From the IMG/VR virus record IMGVR_UViG_3300031986_000023, positions 1 through 53,667 of that record: 53,667 nucleotides of DNA; one strand, 5' to 3'. Shown piece after piece: positions 6,344 through 16,241 of the stretch. The translations under genes and the position numbers were made by a program. The notes under the pieces were generated by a model. The model was not told the origin of the DNA and made no database searches. It saw only the letters and a program-made list of their open reading frames with translations. Within the stretch, counting starts at the first letter, position 1. Each line of letters begins with the position of its first letter. This stretch comes from a virus. Its lineage: Duplodnaviria; Caudoviricetes.

Positions 6344-8794
6344 TCACGCTGTCATCAATCCCTGCATCACCAGCGACAGTGTTCCGTTCGCTGTGCTGCT
6401 GTTGTAGATATGGCACTCCAGCATCCCGGAATTGACGCGCCAGCACAGGTCGGTGGTGGGCGGAGTGCGGATGGTCAGCGTCGTTCCCGCGTTCGTTGCG
6501 GTCGCGGCCCTGTCCAGACACACCGATGTTGACGACAGGATCGTCAGCACCTTCGTTCCGGCAGGAATGCCCGTCCCGGTGATCGTGTACCCCGGGGCCA
6601 CCCCGGTAAGGGCTGACAAGTTGGTCACGATGAAACTGCCGCTAGCCGTGTCGCCCGTAGGCGTGACAGCCGCAGCATGGCCGGGGATCGGGTCAGCCGA
6701 ACCGCCAGCGCGAACAATGACCGGCGTCGGGATCAGCGCCCCGCTTTCGACGATGAACTCATCACACATCACCAGCGCGCCATTTGCCGCACCATTCTGG
6801 TTGAACTTCCAAGCCGCCTTGACCCGGCAGTCGCGAAACACCGGCATGACTGGCTGCCACGTTGCAGCGATATCGGCGGTGAAATCCATCGTCAGCTTCA
6901 AAAGCTGGGTGATCTGGATTGCCGTCCGGTCGGTGGTTACCCCATCGGTCCAGTCGGTGAAATCACTGGTCACGTCGGACAAGACGAGCGTATCAAGGCC
7001 CGTCATCGGCGTGTTGTCGTTACCTTCGAAAACCACACCTGGCGTCTTGATATAGACCTCGCCGCCCAAGTTGCTGCCGGGAATCGACAGCGCGGGAGAC
7101 ATGGCATCACCGGCCTCGCTTTCGAGGGAAAGATGGTCGGCGATAATCCGGTCAACCGCCTCGATTGCGATAACCGCGATGTCCCCGGCTCCGCCCTTGA
7201 CGTTTCCGGCAATGGTGACGTTAAAGGGAACGACGACAAGCCCGTCCGAAACTCGTGGGCCGCTGGCCTGAATCGCAACGCCACCCGGCGAGCCTCCAGC
7301 ATTTTGGGTTAGATCCAGCGCAAGGCTAAGATCGACAGCATTGGCCCCGCCGATGATGGAAACAGTGCCGTTTGCAGACGCCGGAGAACCGGGCGTCCCC
7401 GGCTCCAGATTATTCCTCTCGCCAACGACGCGAAAATTCAGACGACTGGCCGCGTCCTCGATATGGACCATCTCGTAATCGTTGTCGTTGCCGCGGAGCA
7501 GTCCTTCCCATGCGAAGCATCCGGGGCCAGCAAAGGCATAGGGAAATTGCGTGGAGGTGTCCGCCCACCCCTCGACACGTCCATAAGAAAACTCGCCAAC
7601 TGGTGAATTGATATTGAACCCATCAACGCACCCCGTCGCGCGGTAGTTGGTGAAGGTCCACCGTGTCTGAACAGAATTGTCGCTGTTGCTTTTGATCTGC
7701 GGCAGGGCAATGGCGTCCGCGACCATGCCGTCAACGAGGACGTCGGACACATCCTCGCCGTCGATATACAGGCCGTATGTCCCGTCAGCCACACCAGCCG
7801 ACGAAAAGGTCACCCGCTCGATACGAATATTCGATGCGGGCGAAGCGAACCCGATCCCCGCCGCCCATGTTTGCCCGTTCTTGTCGAGAACAATGCCCTG
7901 ATCAGTGATCGCTGAATTGCTGGCGACGGTGAAGCCGTAGAGGTTGGGAAGCCCAGCGGTGGCCTGCACCGTCGTCTCTGTTGCCGTGTCGCCATCGCCG
8001 TAAAGCTGCGTCCCCGCTGCTACCGCGGCAGTTGTTTGCAACGTGCGTGATCCGGCGTTGAACAGGACGGGAAGCCCGACAGAGAGCGCGTTGGCGAGCG
8101 TATTTCGACCCGCCACAGATTGTCGCTCGTTGGCGACGTCTTCCAAAGTGCGAGCAGCCGCCCCCGTACCCGTTTGAATGGTCCCGATTACCGCTGCGGC
8201 GCCGCTGTCACTTGGATCAATGATGAACTTCTGCAACACGGTCGCAACCGGACCAGCGTCATGCCGGTAAACCTGACCAAGTCCGTTTCCGAGATCGACC
8301 CAGAAGGTTTCGCCAAGCGAAGTGTTGACAAGGCCGTCGGCGGTGTCATCATATTTACCCACTCCCGCGGCGGCCAAGGCAGCAGAGGCGGCGGTCTGAG
8401 CTGTGATTACGTCGGCAGAAATCTGATCGACATACTCCTCGTAGGCGAGGTATATCTGCTCGTCGGTCGGCCCAGGGCCGCGGCCCAGCAGCCCCGTGAA
8501 ATTCCATCCGCCACTGCCGGAAACGCCACTTTTGACGTAAATTCCCAGATAGTCGGAATTAGGGTCTGCATAAACAACACCAAGCGTCCGGTCGGGGAAT
8601 CCCAGATTGCTGAAAAGCGTGGCGCGCGTCGCATAGACGGCGGACGCATCCTCAGTAAATATGCCGCCGACAACGCTGTTGATGGACTGAACGGTTTCCT
8701 CGAAAGCCTTGAGGACGCCCTCTCGCGACGGTTCAGTCGTTTGCGAAGGCGGGTTGCCAAAAAGTGCGTCTCGCAGTGTCTCGATCGCGCCCAT
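6344..8794 (-). CDS. Tailspike / receptor-binding protein with probable parallel beta-helix
   Basis: 816 aa after the tail-tip gene; beta-rich Gly/Asn/Asp repeats; N-terminal anchor-like region. Confidence 0.8.
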   Translation of the reverse strand: MGAIETLRDALFGNPPSQTTEPSREGVLKAFEETVQSINSVVGGIFTEDASAVYATRATLFSNLGFPDRTLGVVYADPNSDYLGIYVKSGVSGSGGWNFTGLLGRGPGPTDEQIYLAYEEYVDQISADVITAQTAASAALAAAGVGKYDDTADGLVNTSLGETFWVDLGNGLGQVYRHDAGPVATVLQKFIIDPSDSGAAAVIGTIQTGTGAAARTLEDVANERQSVAGRNTLANALSVGLPVLFNAGSRTLQTTAAVAAGTQLYGDGDTATETTVQATAGLPNLYGFTVASNSAITDQGIVLDKNGQTWAAGIGFASPASNIRIERVTFSSAGVADGTYGLYIDGEDVSDVLVDGMVADAIALPQIKSNSDNSVQTRWTFTNYRATGCVDGFNINSPVGEFSYGRVEGWADTSTQFPYAFAGPGCFAWEGLLRGNDNDYEMVHIEDAASRLNFRVVGERNNLEPGTPGSPASANGTVSIIGGANAVDLSLALDLTQNAGGSPGGVAIQASGPRVSDGLVVVPFNVTIAGNVKGGAGDIAVIAIEAVDRIIADHLSLESEAGDAMSPALSIPGSNLGGEVYIKTPGVVFEGNDNTPMTGLDTLVLSDVTSDFTDWTDGVTTDRTAIQITQLLKLTMDFTADIAATWQPVMPVFRDCRVKAAWKFNQNGAANGALVMCDEFIVESGALIPTPVIVRAGGSADPIPGHAAAVTPTGDTASGSFIVTNLSALTGVAPGYTITGTGIPAGTKVLTILSSTSVCLDRAATATNAGTTLTIRTPPTTDLCWRVNSGMLECHIYNSSTANGTLSLVMQGLMTA

Positions 8795-8816
8795 GCCGCA
8801 CCCTTATGTTGAAATA

Positions 8817-8845
8817 AAGTTACGTCATCATAGCTGTATGCGCAA
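8817..8845 (-). promoter_or_regulatory. Putative promoter TTGCGC-N17-TAACTT upstream of the tailspike
   Basis: Same -35 and GTAAC core as the sites at 17016-17044 and 29617-29645. Confidence 0.55.
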
Positions 8846-8884
8846 TTATAGACAAGCACGATGAAACAATCGGAAAGCCGTCGA

Positions 8885-11149
8885 TTAGGGTATCGGATTC
8901 GGACTCTGCCATGGGCCGCCCGGATTACCGCTGCCGCCGCCGCCGCTCGACCCGCTAGCGGGAACGATGAAATAGCCCATGTAATGGCGACCGGGATTGG
9001 CCTCGCTAGTGCGCGCGTCATTGTCGTCGGCGTAGAGCGTATAGGTTACAGCCCCGCCGACGCGGCCAACGTCATCATATGCGACGCTGCGCAAGTCGCC
9101 ATCTGACAGCCCAGTTGCGATGACATCGCCTTCGACAGCGACATCAGCCGAGCCGTCGGGATAGCGGCGCGTATGGTCGATAATCGTCAGCGTCCCATCG
9201 GCGGCGATGGTCATCACCGGCGTTCCCTGCGATGCCTCGACGATCCAACTGTTATAGATTGCTGTCCGCAGGGCCGGGGTCACAGCGAAAGTGCTTTCGG
9301 GCTCGGTCCAATCCGATGAGAGGCCGGACGAGGAGATCGCGCGTCCGCGCACCAGATACTCGGCACCATCAGCGACTGGCGGCGAGGACGCCACCGTGTT
9401 CGTCATCTCGACTGACATTGGCGACCAGATATCCCCTTCGTCATCGTCATAATCTGCGGCAAGAATGTACTGGAATTCATAAGTGACGTCGTCGCGGGTC
9501 GGCGCATCGAACGACGCGCGGATTTGGCTCGCGGCGTAGCTCGCGACGATGCCGACAGGCGCCGCCGGCGCGACCCTGCCAGCGTCGGCGTTATCGATTA
9601 CGGGTTTGCTTTCCTCTTCGCCTGGCAAAAGCGTCCAGCGGTTCTCATTAATCGGCACAAGCCCGAGACTGGTGAACACGCCTCCCGAGTTCAGTTCGAC
9701 CGGAATTGCGATCTCGTAATCGCCCGCAAATGTGTTGTCATAGTTGATGTTGACGATGCGTTCATGGCGCGCGCGCAGCCCGCGCAGGTTCACCGTCGGT
9801 GCGATCTTGTGAATCGGCTGCGAGCGCAGACCAATGCCCTTCGCCAGCCGCATGGCCTGATTATGGTCCTGGCAGGCGAGGATATCGACGATCAGGTACT
9901 TTGCCGTCGTTAGCGGGTCATAATAGATCGGGTTCACCCACGCGCGCGAGGGCTGCGGCGTATAGTTCGCAGCGGGGTCGGTGTAGCGGACAATGACGCC
10001 TTGCGTCTCGCTTTCGCCGTCTTGCGCCTCGACGCTTTCCATTGCCATGATGTCGCGATTGCGACTGAACGACAGCGTCGGCGTGTACCAATGGCCTGCG
10101 CGGCACCATGATTTGCCGTCCTCGTCGAACACGATATGACCGTCGCACGCAAGCATGATCTCGATCTCGGCGTCGACCCGGCGCTTGCTATCGATGATGT
10201 TAACGCCCGCCTCGTACCGCTTGGTACTGCCCGCAGTCCCAGTGACGGTCTGATCGCAGATGTTCGCCTGTTCAGCGATGCGCTCCCAATTGATCGAATC
10301 CTCAGGCTTGTTGCGGCCGAAAGGATGGGTGCGGAACCATGCCCAGACCAGGATGGCATTGCGGCTCGGCTTGTAAGTCGATCGATCGCCAAGCGTCTGG
10401 GTCTCGTCGCGCGGGTCGTACATGTTCGACCAATCGGTCACGACCGAGAGTGCGGGCTCGCCCATGCCGAGCGGTCCGCGCATCTTGTAAATCTTGTACC
10501 GATGCTCAAGCGGCAGCGCGCCCATCTTTACGACGCTGAACGTCGTTCCGACCAGGCGGTGATCGCTGGTCCATTTCGACGGGAATGCTGCGTCGAGCGC
10601 CGAGATGCGCGGCGGCGTCGGGGTGTCTTCGGTATAGGTCGTGGTCCAAATCTGGATATAGCCGATGCCTTCACCGTCAACTGTGGCCGGATCCTTGTTC
10701 TTGTTATTCTTGAGGCGAAAATCTTTCTGAACGACGTAATTGGAACCGCCCAGCGTCACCGGCTGATCGTCGAGGAAATAGGCGGGCGTGCCGGTCATGA
10801 TGCTGTCGCTGTGGATAACCAGATACCAGAGGTTCCCCGCGCCATCGAACTCGGCAAACAGAACGCCGCCACCTTGGCGCGCGCGGCCAGCATTCAGCCA
10901 CCGCTCGGGCTCGGCAATGCGGACGTTGATCTTGCCTGCGTCCATGGGCGGCGCGCGCTTGGCGCCAAGGCCCAGAGCGGCCTGAATGAGCATCGTGCCG
11001 ACGGCGACGATGACTGCACCGAATGCGGCGGCGAGAAACCCTGTCGTGCTGGCGCCGATCAACCCCGCGAGGCCCGCGCCGAGGCCGCCCGAGAAATAGA
11101 TCAATGCGCCAATGGCGATGATGCCGACGATCTTCTTAAGCGCCGACAC
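8885..11149 (-). CDS. Tail tip / central fibre (host-specificity J-like) protein with FN3-like domain
   Basis: GTG start at 11149; YDPRD motif; FN3-like YLVRGRAISSSGLSSDW; tail synteny. Confidence 0.85.
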   Translation of the reverse strand: MSALKKIVGIIAIGALIYFSGGLGAGLAGLIGASTTGFLAAAFGAVIVAVGTMLIQAALGLGAKRAPPMDAGKINVRIAEPERWLNAGRARQGGGVLFAEFDGAGNLWYLVIHSDSIMTGTPAYFLDDQPVTLGGSNYVVQKDFRLKNNKNKDPATVDGEGIGYIQIWTTTYTEDTPTPPRISALDAAFPSKWTSDHRLVGTTFSVVKMGALPLEHRYKIYKMRGPLGMGEPALSVVTDWSNMYDPRDETQTLGDRSTYKPSRNAILVWAWFRTHPFGRNKPEDSINWERIAEQANICDQTVTGTAGSTKRYEAGVNIIDSKRRVDAEIEIMLACDGHIVFDEDGKSWCRAGHWYTPTLSFSRNRDIMAMESVEAQDGESETQGVIVRYTDPAANYTPQPSRAWVNPIYYDPLTTAKYLIVDILACQDHNQAMRLAKGIGLRSQPIHKIAPTVNLRGLRARHERIVNINYDNTFAGDYEIAIPVELNSGGVFTSLGLVPINENRWTLLPGEEESKPVIDNADAGRVAPAAPVGIVASYAASQIRASFDAPTRDDVTYEFQYILAADYDDDEGDIWSPMSVEMTNTVASSPPVADGAEYLVRGRAISSSGLSSDWTEPESTFAVTPALRTAIYNSWIVEASQGTPVMTIAADGTLTIIDHTRRYPDGSADVAVEGDVIATGLSDGDLRSVAYDDVGRVGGAVTYTLYADDNDARTSEANPGRHYMGYFIVPASGSSGGGGSGNPGGPWQSPNPIP

Positions 11150-11528
11150 GCCAAACCCCCCGCAAATCGATAAATCGTAGCGAGACCTCGGCGACTCCGC
11201 GCTCCAGGCGGAGCGCCGCCATATCTCCGGTGCAAAGCGCGCCGATCGTGTCGTCACCGCACGCCACGGCGAGAATGTCGCCGCGCCGCGGTTTCCCCTC
11301 CACGCGAACGGCGCCCGTGTCGTCGAACAGCGCGTCAGCGCCGCCATGCTCGGCCATGACCGCCAGCGCGCCGTCCTGATCATGATATCGGCCTGCAAAT
11401 ATCGCGACGTTGTCCTTTGCCCCGGCCGCGGCGAGATACTTGCCCATCGAGAGCATGCAATCGTCCTGCCCATAGACGAACGGCTCACGGCGCCAGCGCG
11501 CAAGGGTGCGGTCGACCAGGTCCGTCAT
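11136..11528 (-). CDS. NlpC/P60-like tail assembly protein (DUF6950-like)
   Basis: WRREPFVYGQDDCML and PRRGDI motifs; tail position. Confidence 0.75.
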   Translation of the reverse strand: MTDLVDRTLARWRREPFVYGQDDCMLSMGKYLAAAGAKDNVAIFAGRYHDQDGALAVMAEHGGADALFDDTGAVRVEGKPRRGDILAVACGDDTIGALCTGDMAALRLERGVAEVSLRFIDLRGVWRVGA

Positions 11529-12184
11529 GGGATTTGGTACGTTCGGTTGGCGAGCAGGGCGAGATACTCGGCGCCCTTGTCGACCGAGACTCCAAGCTCC
11601 GACGCGCGGCGCTTCTGCATTGTATCGGCATAGGTGCGCCCCGGTACCGAACTGCGCCCCGTGTTGTCGTCGCGCGCCACGACCGAGCACTTGTACTGTT
11701 TGACGACACGCCCCGCCGAATCCCGCGTGAGCAGTTCCGAAAACTTCGGGGACTGCATAATCAGCTTTTTATAGAACGACAGCGGTGTGCCGGGTCGGAC
11801 GCCTTCGCCCTCAAGGAATAGCACTAGGTAGCACGTCAGCGCCCGGCCATTGACCTTCGACTGATCAGATTTGAGCGCCTCGTAGAGCGCAAGCGGATCC
11901 TCGCCTTCCGAATTTGGAATGGTGAGCGCGAAGGTATAGCTGGCGCTGGTCCCATCACGCCCATCCTGCAACCCCGGCGATTCATGATGGTTGGCGCCAT
12001 TCTCATCGACGGTGCCGAGCCATTCTTCGCCAGCGCTGTCGATGAAACTGCCTTGCCCATCCCATAGCCGAACAGGATCATCGGTGAAGTCATAGAACCA
12101 GCACTTGCGAACGGTCGCAACGATGTCGGCAATACTTTCCGCCTCGCCCAATATCTCGTCTATCTGGTCATAAAACTCGCTCAC
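11525..12184 (-). CDS. Minor tail (hub/L-like) protein
   Basis: VRLWDGQG...GEEWLG; between the distal-tail and NlpC genes. Confidence 0.7.
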   Translation of the reverse strand: MSEFYDQIDEILGEAESIADIVATVRKCWFYDFTDDPVRLWDGQGSFIDSAGEEWLGTVDENGANHHESPGLQDGRDGTSASYTFALTIPNSEGEDPLALYEALKSDQSKVNGRALTCYLVLFLEGEGVRPGTPLSFYKKLIMQSPKFSELLTRDSAGRVVKQYKCSVVARDDNTGRSSVPGRTYADTMQKRRASELGVSVDKGAEYLALLANRTYQIP

Positions 12185-12843
12185 GGCACGATCGCTTCGT
12201 GCAGGATGATGTTGCCGGGTTTGACGTGGCCGAGGTTGTTATAGGCCGAGCGAATATCGGCGCCGTTGCTGATCCGCCCCGTGAACCATGGGCGCAGATA
12301 GCAGTTGTCGCCCACCGCAATGTCGCGGCGCAACGGCGGGGTGACGATTGCGGTGGCAATGTCGCCTACATAGTTAATCTCGTCGACCAGATAGCATTCA
12401 TAACCATGGCCAATGACGTGGCCGGGGCCGACGATCGGCCCGACGCCGGTCAGGTCGAATTCAACCGTGATCGATCCTTGAAGTCCCGTCGCCGAATAGA
12501 CGGCGGTGAAATCACCATCCCATTCTTCCTGATTGGACCATGCTTGCCCATTTTCCCACGACACCGCCAGCATGCCGCGCTTTTTGCTGTAGGCAACCTG
12601 CGGCGACGGCGCGAGGCGCGCGCGGAAAATCTGGCCCCCGATTTTCGACATGATCCACGACGCAAGCGGCGTATCCCATTCGGTGTCGATGATCGCAGGC
12701 TGAATTTCGAGCACCCCAAACCCGCCCGGCTCGGGCGTGATGAACTGCGCGCCGCCGGTGGTAAGTCCGCCATCATAGCCAGTACCAGGCGAGTGGAAGA
12801 GCTGGCTTTCGACGCGGAAGGTCGGGAACTGATAGATTTTCAC
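12181..12843 (-). CDS. Distal tail protein
   Basis: Immediately after the tape measure; IVTPPLRRDI motif. Confidence 0.7.
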   Translation of the reverse strand: MKIYQFPTFRVESQLFHSPGTGYDGGLTTGGAQFITPEPGGFGVLEIQPAIIDTEWDTPLASWIMSKIGGQIFRARLAPSPQVAYSKKRGMLAVSWENGQAWSNQEEWDGDFTAVYSATGLQGSITVEFDLTGVGPIVGPGHVIGHGYECYLVDEINYVGDIATAIVTPPLRRDIAVGDNCYLRPWFTGRISNGADIRSAYNNLGHVKPGNIILHEAIVP

Positions 12844-15377
12844 GATGCGACAGCCCCATCCCGGTCATATTCCTGCATCCATCCGCCTAGCTGGCGCTTG
12901 ACCTCTTTCGCGGTCTCCTGCCCGCCCTGGCGGATCATGGCGATGATGTCGGTGGGCGTGACCGCGCCAGTGATGTGATAATCGTTCTGGACGTTGACCG
13001 GCGCGTTGATCGTGCGCGAGCCGCCGCCCATCGCCTGCACCCCGAGCTTGCCGTTCGGGCCGCGGGTGAGCGGCATGATCGCCTCGGGTCCGGCTTCGCC
13101 CATCTCGCCCATCTGCGCGCCCTTGGCGAAGCGGAACAGCGTCGGCTGGGTAACAATCTGGTTCGTGAAGGCGCCGCCGTTGGCAAAGCGCATGATCCCG
13201 CTGTCGAAGGCGTTGCCATTGGCGTTCTTGTACCCGGCCTTCACGCCCGCCCCCGAATTGGCCGTCGAAAGCCCGCCGCCCACGACTGCGCCGATCAGTT
13301 GGCTGAAAAATCCGCCACCCCCGCTGGAATCTCCTAGGTTAAGAAATTTCTCGATCTGCTGATCGAGCATCTTGTCGATGATGCGATTCAGGGCATTGAC
13401 CGCGGCGTCGCCGAATGCCTTGATTGCATTCGTCCCGTTCCGCGCGCCGTCGAGGAAGTCACGGAAGAAGCCACCAACAACTTCGCGCCGGAATTCAAGC
13501 CCTTCCGCCAGCTGGTCGATCTCGTAGCGCTGCCCGGCATAAGCAGCGCCCGCTGCGTTGATCGCCGCAACCTCGGCGGGCGACAATTCGATTCCAGCGC
13601 GCTTCGCTTCGATCATCCGCTCGGAGATGTACGCATATTCGATTGCGGCCGCGCCAGTTAGCCCGATCGCACGGCGCTCAAGGTCCATGGCATAGGCCGC
13701 GTCCTCGGCGTCCTGCTTGTTCTTCGACATGCGCGCAGCCCGATCGCGCGCCTCAATGTCATCGGATAGCCCGCCCGTAAGATTGCCGCCGACATAGATC
13801 GCGCCTTTTGGCAGGGCATCGCGCAGCTTCTTTTCCGCCTCGGCTTCGCGGCGCGCCCGCGCGAGCGCATCGCCGCGCAGCCCGATAAGCTTGATTTCAT
13901 CGGCAATGGCGTCGCGCTGTTTCTGAATTTCGTCGGTGGTGCCCTTAACGACTTCGGCCATGTCGGCATCGACCTTCGCCGCCGCATAGGCGGCAGCGAG
14001 CTTTTCGATCTGGTCGGTGAGCGCAGGCGTCAGTTTCAGCCCAGCCGACGCCGCCGCATTGAGCAGCTTCGTTTTCTGCTCAAGCTCCGCGGCCGCCTGC
14101 GCCGACATTTCGACGGCCTTGGCGCGATTCTGCTCGGCGGTGATTTCCGCTTGGGCATTGCGGACAAGGTCGGCAATCTTTTCGGCTTCGGACTTGCCCC
14201 CGCCACCACGACTACCCGCGCGGCGCGGCGATGCGCCGCCACTGTCGGGCTTCATGTACTGGCTGGGCAGTTCGGCGCCGTCGAGGACCGCGCGCAGATC
14301 CCGTGCCGCCGTCGTGGCCGTTTGCTGCTCATAGGACCGGTTGAGGAAGTCCTGCAGCGCGAAGAATTCCTTCTGCGAAAGCGACTTGCGCTGACGCTCA
14401 AGCATCTTGCCCGCTTCCTCGCGGCTGAGACCGCCCTGCGCGAGACCTTCGCCAAGGCTTTGGAACTGGCGCCCGCGGGCCTCTTGCTGGGCAATTCGCA
14501 TTTCGGTGATCTGCGGGATTTCCTGACCGAAAAAGCCAGCGATGCGACTGCCGGCGCGACCAAGTTTTGTGGTGCGCCCGACGCCGCTATCGCTAAGAGC
14601 CGTGGCCGCGTCAGCCTTTGCCTTCACCGCCGCGGCTTCTGACGCGACCGCCTGCATGTAGATGTTGTCGCGGATCGCGGCCGTGTTGCTCTTGATCTTG
14701 CCGGTCGAGAGATCGAACATCTGGCCAAGCACCGACTGCGCTGCGCCGAGATTGTCCGATGCGACGGTGACGGCCTTGATGGCTTCGTCATTCTCCCAAA
14801 GCTTTGCCACCATCTCGACCAGCGCCGAAACGACCGAGCCGATGATGACGCCGACAAGCCCGCCGAGAATTCCGGCAAGTCCGGTGATGATCGCGCCGGT
14901 TGCCCGCCCCGCTACGCCAACTGCAGCCACCTGCGGCGCCGCAACGGCAGCTGCGGCGCCCGCCGATTTGTTCGCCGCCGCCATTCGCTCAAGATTGTTC
15001 CGGTAGGCGATGACATGCGCGTCGGATTGCTGCGTCGCCATCGAAGTTCGGGTGACGGCAGTGGCCAGCGCCGTCTGCGCGGTTGCCACCTGCCCCGAGG
15101 CGGTGACGATGCCCTGCAGGTGATTGCGATAGGTCACGACATGGGCATTTGCCGCCTGCACGGCAGCCGTGGCCTTGGCGACAGCGCCGCCCGCTTGTTC
15201 TGCCGTTTGTGCCGCACGCGCATAGTCCGACGCCAGTTTGGCGGTATTGCCGCCGCCGGATAGCTTGGACCCAGCCGCCGCCGCGCGCTCCGCCGACGCC
15301 GTGAACTTGTCGAGGTTCGCGGTCGCGGCGGCGACATCGCCGCTTTCGATTTTCAGGCCAAGCGCTGCCACGTCCAT
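12840..15377 (-). CDS. Tail tape measure protein
   Basis: 845 aa, Ala-rich helical; C-terminal FANGG...MGEAGPEAIMPL motif. Confidence 0.95.
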   Translation of the reverse strand: MDVAALGLKIESGDVAAATANLDKFTASAERAAAAGSKLSGGGNTAKLASDYARAAQTAEQAGGAVAKATAAVQAANAHVVTYRNHLQGIVTASGQVATAQTALATAVTRTSMATQQSDAHVIAYRNNLERMAAANKSAGAAAAVAAPQVAAVGVAGRATGAIITGLAGILGGLVGVIIGSVVSALVEMVAKLWENDEAIKAVTVASDNLGAAQSVLGQMFDLSTGKIKSNTAAIRDNIYMQAVASEAAAVKAKADAATALSDSGVGRTTKLGRAGSRIAGFFGQEIPQITEMRIAQQEARGRQFQSLGEGLAQGGLSREEAGKMLERQRKSLSQKEFFALQDFLNRSYEQQTATTAARDLRAVLDGAELPSQYMKPDSGGASPRRAGSRGGGGKSEAEKIADLVRNAQAEITAEQNRAKAVEMSAQAAAELEQKTKLLNAAASAGLKLTPALTDQIEKLAAAYAAAKVDADMAEVVKGTTDEIQKQRDAIADEIKLIGLRGDALARARREAEAEKKLRDALPKGAIYVGGNLTGGLSDDIEARDRAARMSKNKQDAEDAAYAMDLERRAIGLTGAAAIEYAYISERMIEAKRAGIELSPAEVAAINAAGAAYAGQRYEIDQLAEGLEFRREVVGGFFRDFLDGARNGTNAIKAFGDAAVNALNRIIDKMLDQQIEKFLNLGDSSGGGGFFSQLIGAVVGGGLSTANSGAGVKAGYKNANGNAFDSGIMRFANGGAFTNQIVTQPTLFRFAKGAQMGEMGEAGPEAIMPLTRGPNGKLGVQAMGGGSRTINAPVNVQNDYHITGAVTPTDIIAMIRQGGQETAKEVKRQLGGWMQEYDRDGAVAS

Positions 15378-15380
15378 GGC

Positions 15381-15767
15381 TTATTTCCCCCGTCGACTGG
15401 CGGTGGCGCCGCGGAACGCTTCCATCGGCGAGACGGGCGGGGCGTCATCATCTGAGCCGTTGGCCTTCATCAGATAGACCCCGTCGAGCGCGCGAATGCA
15501 GATTTCGAAGGTGTCGGCATCCTCATAGCCCCAGCCAGCGACATGGCGGTCGATCGCGCTTGCGGGGATGGGGCCGACGCCGAAGCCGACTTGACGCTCG
15601 GTGGAGAGTTTCCAGAAATCCTCATACCAGCCCCCGAACCCTTCCAAAATCTCTGGCGGGTCGAACTGCTCGGGAATTTCAGAGCCTTCCGCGTCCGCCT
15701 TCTCCTTTGCCGCCTTCCACTCGTCGCCGTGATCGAGCCACCAGAGAAGCGCGGCCTTTAGTTTCCC
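15381..15767 (-). CDS. Tail assembly chaperone frameshift extension (gpT-like)
   Basis: Open -1 frame from the slippery site through FWKLSTERQVGFGVGPIP to 15381. Confidence 0.8.
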   Translation of the reverse strand, partial: GKLKAALLWWLDHGDEWKAAKEKADAEGSEIPEQFDPPEILEGFGGWYEDFWKLSTERQVGFGVGPIPASAIDRHVAGWGYEDADTFEICIRALDGVYLMKANGSDDDAPPVSPMEAFRGATASRRGK

Positions 15768-16171
15768 GCCGCGTCCTTGGCGGTTTCCCGGATGCGATCG
15801 GCAACCTGGTCACCAGCCCATTCGACGGCGCGCCGGTAGGCATCACCGATGCCGAAATCATCGTCGGCGGTGAGGATCGCGAGCGCCTTCTTGGGATCGT
15901 ATTTCAGCGGCTTGCCATTCTCGGTCGGGCCGTCCCAATCGAGCAGGATGTGCTCCGCAAGCGCCTTGCCGCCAGCGACCGAGAATGCGACGACGCCTTC
16001 ATCGGTGCGCAGCTTCTTGCCGCTGCGGCGCGCGAGGCCCGCGGTGGCAACGCGGAACGGCTTGTAATTGGTGCTGCGGACCTTGAAGCGATATCCATCC
16101 ATGTCCGGGATGTCGTCGATCCATTCGCCTTCGTTCAGGTCAACTTTCTTGGTGAGATTGCCAATGTCCAT
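15758..16171 (-). CDS. Tail assembly chaperone (gpG-like)
   Basis: ILLDWDG motif; ends AAGN; between tail tube and tape measure. Confidence 0.85.
   Translation of the reverse strand: MDIGNLTKKVDLNEGEWIDDIPDMDGYRFKVRSTNYKPFRVATAGLARRSGKKLRTDEGVVAFSVAGGKALAEHILLDWDGPTENGKPLKYDPKKALAILTADDDFGIGDAYRRAVEWAGDQVADRIRETAKDAAGN
15761..15767 (-). other. -1 programmed ribosomal frameshift site G GGA AAC
   Basis: X XXY YYZ heptamer directly before the TAA of the chaperone gene, as in lambda G/T. Confidence 0.85.
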
Positions 16172-16241
16172 GTTTCGTCTCGCTCGGGCCTGTTCGGGTC
16201 TAAGAGCGACGGACGACCCGACATCCGCCGCCCTTAGCTGG

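Noticed and set aside
11150-11503. N-terminal extension of the tail tip ORF
   Set aside because: Overlaps the NlpC-like gene; GTG at 11149 fits the coupling
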